A stretch of DNA of 64,000 bases. Origin: an uncultured Clostridium sp. Lineage in GTDB: Bacteria; Bacillota; Clostridia; Lachnospirales; Lachnospiraceae. The stretch is taken from NCBI GenBank assembly GCA_964484055.1, contig CAZAEC010000011.1, forward strand, positions 2,107 through 66,106, in the 5' to 3' direction. Within the stretch, counting starts at the first letter, position 1. Each line of letters starts with the position of its first letter. The translations under genes and the position numbers were made by a program. A model generated the notes under the pieces. It was not told the origin of the DNA. It did not search any database and was given only the letters and a program-made list of their open reading frames with translations. This document shows positions 60,262-64,000 of this stretch, in pieces.

Positions 60262-60612
60262 TTACAAAATATTTTTCGCTTGTGCAACAAAATAATCCGC
60301 CACTTCTTGCACCAAACGTGCATACTGATGATACAACTCTATACTTTCTTCGCATACTTTATTAGAAATTTCAAATGTCGCAATTCCATATATCATATGA
60401 TTTGCTTCATACCAATCTCTATATAATACCTCCTCTAAGCCAATCAGATCTTCACTTTGAATCATCAAATAGATTTCTATATTATTCTTCATATAATCCA
60501 GCATACGATAAAAATACGGGAGATCTCCGCCTGAAAAATAATATACAAACTTCTGCAGATCATCCAATGCATTTCTCAGTTTCTCAAGTTTTTTCACTTC
60601 ATCTCGTCTCAT
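60262..60612 (-). CDS. Hypothetical 116-aa helical protein
   Basis: AAGGAGA RBS, intact ORF; no recognised motif. Confidence 0.65.
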   Translation of the reverse strand: MRRDEVKKLEKLRNALDDLQKFVYYFSGGDLPYFYRMLDYMKNNIEIYLMIQSEDLIGLEEVLYRDWYEANHMIYGIATFEISNKVCEESIELYHQYARLVQEVADYFVAQAKNIL

Positions 60613-60784
60613 TTTTTCTCCTTCTATGTAATCCGCCTAGATTTTCCCGAAAAATGTATCCCTTTTGATTATAAACCTCGTCCTTCAATTAAATATAAAC
60701 TCATTTCTAAAAAACTAACTAGACTTTCCGCTCTTATACCATTAGAATAAAAACAATATAGTTTAGGAGGACTTATAAAAAATT

Positions 60785-61231
60785 ATGAAATTTGTAATTC
60801 AAAGAGTATTAGAGGCCGCAGTAAAAGTAGATGATACCACTATCGGGCAGATTAACAAAGGATTTCTGGTCTTGATCGGTGTATCCAATACAGATACAAA
60901 AGAAATTGCAGATAAAATGATGCGAAAAATGATCGGACTACGAATTTTTGAAGATGAAAATGGAAAGACAAATCTTTCTCTTTCCGATGTACAAGGCAGT
61001 CTGCTCCTTGTTTCTCAATTCACATTATACGCAAACTGCAAAAGAGGAAACCGACCAAGTTTTACAGATGCCGGTTCCCCAGATCACGCAAATGCTATGT
61101 ATGAATATATTATTGAAAAATGCAAAGAATCTGTACCTATTGTAGAAACCGGAAGTTTTGGTGCTGATATGAAAGTCAGTTTAATCAACGATGGTCCATT
61201 CACAATCGTATTAGATTCAGATAATTTGTAA
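60785..61231 (+). CDS. dtd: D-aminoacyl-tRNA deacylase
   Basis: [38 protein letters not shown]. Confidence 0.97.
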   Translation: MKFVIQRVLEAAVKVDDTTIGQINKGFLVLIGVSNTDTKEIADKMMRKMIGLRIFEDENGKTNLSLSDVQGSLLLVSQFTLYANCKRGNRPSFTDAGSPDHANAMYEYIIEKCKESVPIVETGSFGADMKVSLINDGPFTIVLDSDNL

Positions 61232-61280
61232 TTTTATACAGAATCTGTCATCGACAGCTTCTTTCTAGTTCATAAAATCA

Positions 61281-61340
61281 AAAAAGGAGTATCACTCTAC
61301 AACTGATGATTTATTCAGTAATAAAGTGATACTCCCTTTT
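61281..61340. repeat. Palindromic ~60-bp element, copy 2 (terminator between dtd and tRNA-Thr)
   Basis: AAGGAGTATCACT ... AGTGATACTCCCTT arms; similar to 44663-44722. Confidence 0.75.
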
Positions 61341-61341
61341 A

Positions 61342-61414
<73 letters not shown>

Positions 61415-61447
61415 TTACTCGTTGTCATTCTTTTCAACAACGGTTTA

Positions 61448-61476
61448 AATATACACTAAAAGCTATCGAATGTCAA
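61448..61476 (-). promoter_or_regulatory. SigA promoter of tRNA-Thr, overlapping the sigH stop codon
   Basis: TTGACA-17 bp-TATATT. Confidence 0.75.
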
Positions 61477-62099
61477 CGCTTTTCAAATTCGTCCAATAGC
61501 TTTCCTGCCTTTGTTCTTATTCTTTGAATGGCATTATCTATTGTTTTTGGACTTTTTTCTAAAAGTTCTGCAATCTTCCGATAATCTGTCCCCATCAAAT
61601 GTAAATACAATACATTATTTTCTAATGTACTCAAATTATGCTTTAACCGTTCCGCAAACTCTTCTGTATATTCTTTGCCAAAATAAAGTGCTTCCGGATC
61701 ATTCTCCACTTGTGGTTCGATCATGTCGATCAGTGGTAATGATTTTCCATCTTCCGGATACTCCCCCTCTTCGTACAACGATACATAAGAATTCAACGGC
61801 ATATGCTTTTTTCTTTTTGAAGCTTCAATTGCAGTATACATCTGTCTTGAAACACATAATTCTGCAAAACTTGAAAACAATGTCCCTTGCGATGGATCAT
61901 AATCTCTTACCGCCTTGATCAGGCCGATCATCCCTTCCTGGATCAAATCTTCATTTTCTCCCCCCATCAGATACATTGCTCTTGCTTTCTGCCGAACCAT
62001 ATATTTATACTTCACCATCAGATAATCCATTACTCCTGTATCTCCATTGCGAAGATCTGCAATAAGCTGTTCATCCGCGATTCGAGAATAATCTTTCAT
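61473..62099 (-). CDS. sigH: RNA polymerase sigma-H factor
   Basis: EDLIQEGMIGLIKAVRDY, FAELCVSRQMYTAI, KTIDNAIQRIR; downstream of rlmB as in other Firmicutes. Confidence 0.9.
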   Translation of the reverse strand: MKDYSRIADEQLIADLRNGDTGVMDYLMVKYKYMVRQKARAMYLMGGENEDLIQEGMIGLIKAVRDYDPSQGTLFSSFAELCVSRQMYTAIEASKRKKHMPLNSYVSLYEEGEYPEDGKSLPLIDMIEPQVENDPEALYFGKEYTEEFAERLKHNLSTLENNVLYLHLMGTDYRKIAELLEKSPKTIDNAIQRIRTKAGKLLDEFEKR

Positions 62100-62115
62100 G
62101 AATTTCGACTCCTCG

Positions 62116-62883
62116 TTACTGCAATCTCTGTCTTACGATCTCATAAGCAAGAACACCTGCTGCCACAGATGCATTCAGAGAATCAATTTCTCCTTTCATC
62201 GGAATTCCTGCTATAAAATCACATTTTTCTTTTACAAGACGTCCTACGCCTTCTCCTTCGTTTCCAATAACAAGGCCGATCGGTCCTTTCAAATTCAGGC
62301 GATACATAGATTCGCCATCCATATCTGCACATACAAACCAGATACCACGTTCTTTCAGTTCTTCCATTGTCTTTGCAAGATTTGTAACTTTTGCTACTGG
62401 AGTATAATTCAATGCACCTGCAGAAGTTTTTGCTACTGTCGCAGTCAGTCCTACTGCTCTTCTTTTTGGAATGATCACACCGTGTGCTCCTGCAAGATTA
62501 GCTGTTCGAATGATCGCTCCAAGATTATGTGGATCTTCAATATTATCAAGAAGGATCAAAAATGGATCTTCTCCTCTTTCCTCTGCCAGTGCAAACATAT
62601 CTTCAATCTTAGCATACTCATATGCTGCTGCATATGCGATCACGCCCTGATGTCTTCCAGTTTCTGAAAGCTGTGCAAGACGCTCTTTTGCTACAAAATT
62701 AATGATCGTATCATGTTTTTTTGCTTCTCTGATGATCGTACGTACAGGACCATCCTGACAGCCATCTAATACAAACAGTTTATCAATTGGTTTCCCAGAA
62801 CGAAATGCTTCTAATACTGCATTACGTCCTTCGATGATAAGCGTATGCTCTTTATTAATAAAATCTTTCTCTTTTTCCTGCAT
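62116..62883 (-). CDS. rlmB: 23S rRNA Gm2251 methyltransferase (SpoU/TrmH family)
   Basis: EGRNAVLEA, DPHNLGAIIRTA, GNEGEG, SLNASVA; likely start ATG 62883. Confidence 0.95.
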   Translation of the reverse strand: MQEKEKDFINKEHTLIIEGRNAVLEAFRSGKPIDKLFVLDGCQDGPVRTIIREAKKHDTIINFVAKERLAQLSETGRHQGVIAYAAAYEYAKIEDMFALAEERGEDPFLILLDNIEDPHNLGAIIRTANLAGAHGVIIPKRRAVGLTATVAKTSAGALNYTPVAKVTNLAKTMEELKERGIWFVCADMDGESMYRLNLKGPIGLVIGNEGEGVGRLVKEKCDFIAGIPMKGEIDSLNASVAAGVLAYEIVRQRLQ

Positions 62884-62896
62884 GTTCTTTCCCCTA

Positions 62897-63346
62897 TTAT
62901 TCCTGCTCATTTTCCAGACTGTCTAGTCCTATTTTTACCAATTCCATAAGGCGGGCATATTCTTTTTCCAAATACAGATATCCGATCAGTGCCTCAAAAC
63001 CTGTTGCTCTACGATAATCCGTGATTGACTGGTTCTTTGCTGGTGAAACGGATTTCGCATTACGCCCTCTCTTGTATATTGCATGCTCCTTCTCTGTCAA
63101 ACACGGCTGCATCGCACGCATCATCGCGGACTGTGTAGATGCCTGTACATAACTGCTTGTTTCTTTATGAAGCTTCTGTACTGCCTTATTTCCTTTACTT
63201 ATGACCATAGATTTAATGATAAGATCATAAACACAATCGCCGATATATGCCAGCACAAGAGGTGAATAGCTATTTATATCCACCTCTTCTAACTGGAGCA
63301 CTGTTTCTATATAGTCATGAAACTCTAACTTTACGCTCTCGTCCAT
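62897..63346 (-). CDS. mrnC: Mini-ribonuclease III
   Basis: LAYIGDCVY, KRGRNAK, YRRATGFEALIGYLY. Confidence 0.95.
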   Translation of the reverse strand: MDESVKLEFHDYIETVLQLEEVDINSYSPLVLAYIGDCVYDLIIKSMVISKGNKAVQKLHKETSSYVQASTQSAMMRAMQPCLTEKEHAIYKRGRNAKSVSPAKNQSITDYRRATGFEALIGYLYLEKEYARLMELVKIGLDSLENEQE

Positions 63347-64000
63347 TTTACTCCTTCACGTGTATCTTTCAAAATAATTCCTTTCGCAAGAAGTTCTTCA
63401 CGGATTTCATCTGCTCGAGCAAAATCACGTGCTTTTCTTGCATCCTGTCTTTCCTGGATCAACGCTTCAATATCAGCATCCAAAAGTTCTTCTTTTTTCT
63501 CAACGATGATTCCAAGAACATCCGTTAATTTCACGATCAGATCATATAATTTCCCAAGATATTCTTTTGATGATTCTCCATCAGCAGTTTTATTTGCATA
63601 TTTTACAAGTTCAAATACTGCTGAGATTGCATCTGCTGTATTAAAATCATCGTCCATTGCTTTTTCAAATGAAGCAACATATTCTTCTGTTTTTGCAAAT
63701 GCTTCTGATTCTTCTGCTGTCATGCTGTCAGCTTTTGCATTTGCAGAAAGGAATTTCAGATTTTCTGTTGCTGTTACAATACGATCAAGACCACTCTTTG
63801 CAGCTTCCATAAGATCTGCACTAAAGTTCAGCGGACTTCTGTAGTGTGCACTTAACATAAAGAAACGTAACACCTGAAGATCGTATTTTTCACTTATCTC
63901 ACGAACTGTGAAGAAGTTACCAAGAGATTTTGACATTTTCTTATTATCAATGTTAAGGAATGCATTATGAATCCAATATTTTGCAAATTCTTTTCCGTTC
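63331..64000 (-). CDS. cysS: Cysteine--tRNA ligase (3' part; runs off the window end)
   Basis: [22 protein letters not shown] (KMSKS), [22 protein letters not shown].L...GI.L.D. Confidence 0.96.
   Translation of the reverse strand, partial: [222 protein letters not shown]

Overview
Core chromosomal region of a low-GC, spore-forming Firmicute. Gene content and order suggest Lachnospiraceae/Clostridia (inference). Most genes are on the minus strand. In window order: recN(partial)-argR-nadK-tlyA-dxs-ispA-xseBA-nusB-asp23; prfC; the spoIIIAA-AH operon; an Fe-S flavoprotein; a fermentation/redox block (Fe-alcohol dehydrogenase, group B [FeFe]-hydrogenase, APH-like kinase, hydE, ttcA-like); pnp-rpsO; the rimP-nusA-ylxR-L7Ae-infB-rbfA-DHH-truB-ribF operon; a parE/parC-like topoisomerase pair; gpr-spoIIP; rpsT; ilvN-ilvC; an accessory two-gene unit (solute-binding lipoprotein plus membrane-spanning LuxR-HTH regulator); an ABC-F; infC-rpmI-rplT; degV; a GerA/SpoVAF-like gene; dut; metA; an AI-2E transporter; DUF1540; a SEC-C protein; cls; glnS; dtd; tRNA-Thr(GGT); sigH-rlmB-mrnC-cysS(partial). 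I saw no rRNA, CRISPR array, integrase or transposase. Best leads: (1) the transporter-less solute-binding protein plus transmembrane LuxR one-component module, with a promoter-backed structured RNA candidate upstream; (2) a kinase-[FeFe]-hydrogenase operon with Rex-like boxes; (3) an unannotated 55-codon ORF with a strong RBS and a sigmaE-like promoter; (4) structured 5' leaders at rimP, rpsT, pnp and rpsO; (5) a palindromic ~60-bp element present twice. All motif and structure calls were made by eye; no folding or database searches were run.
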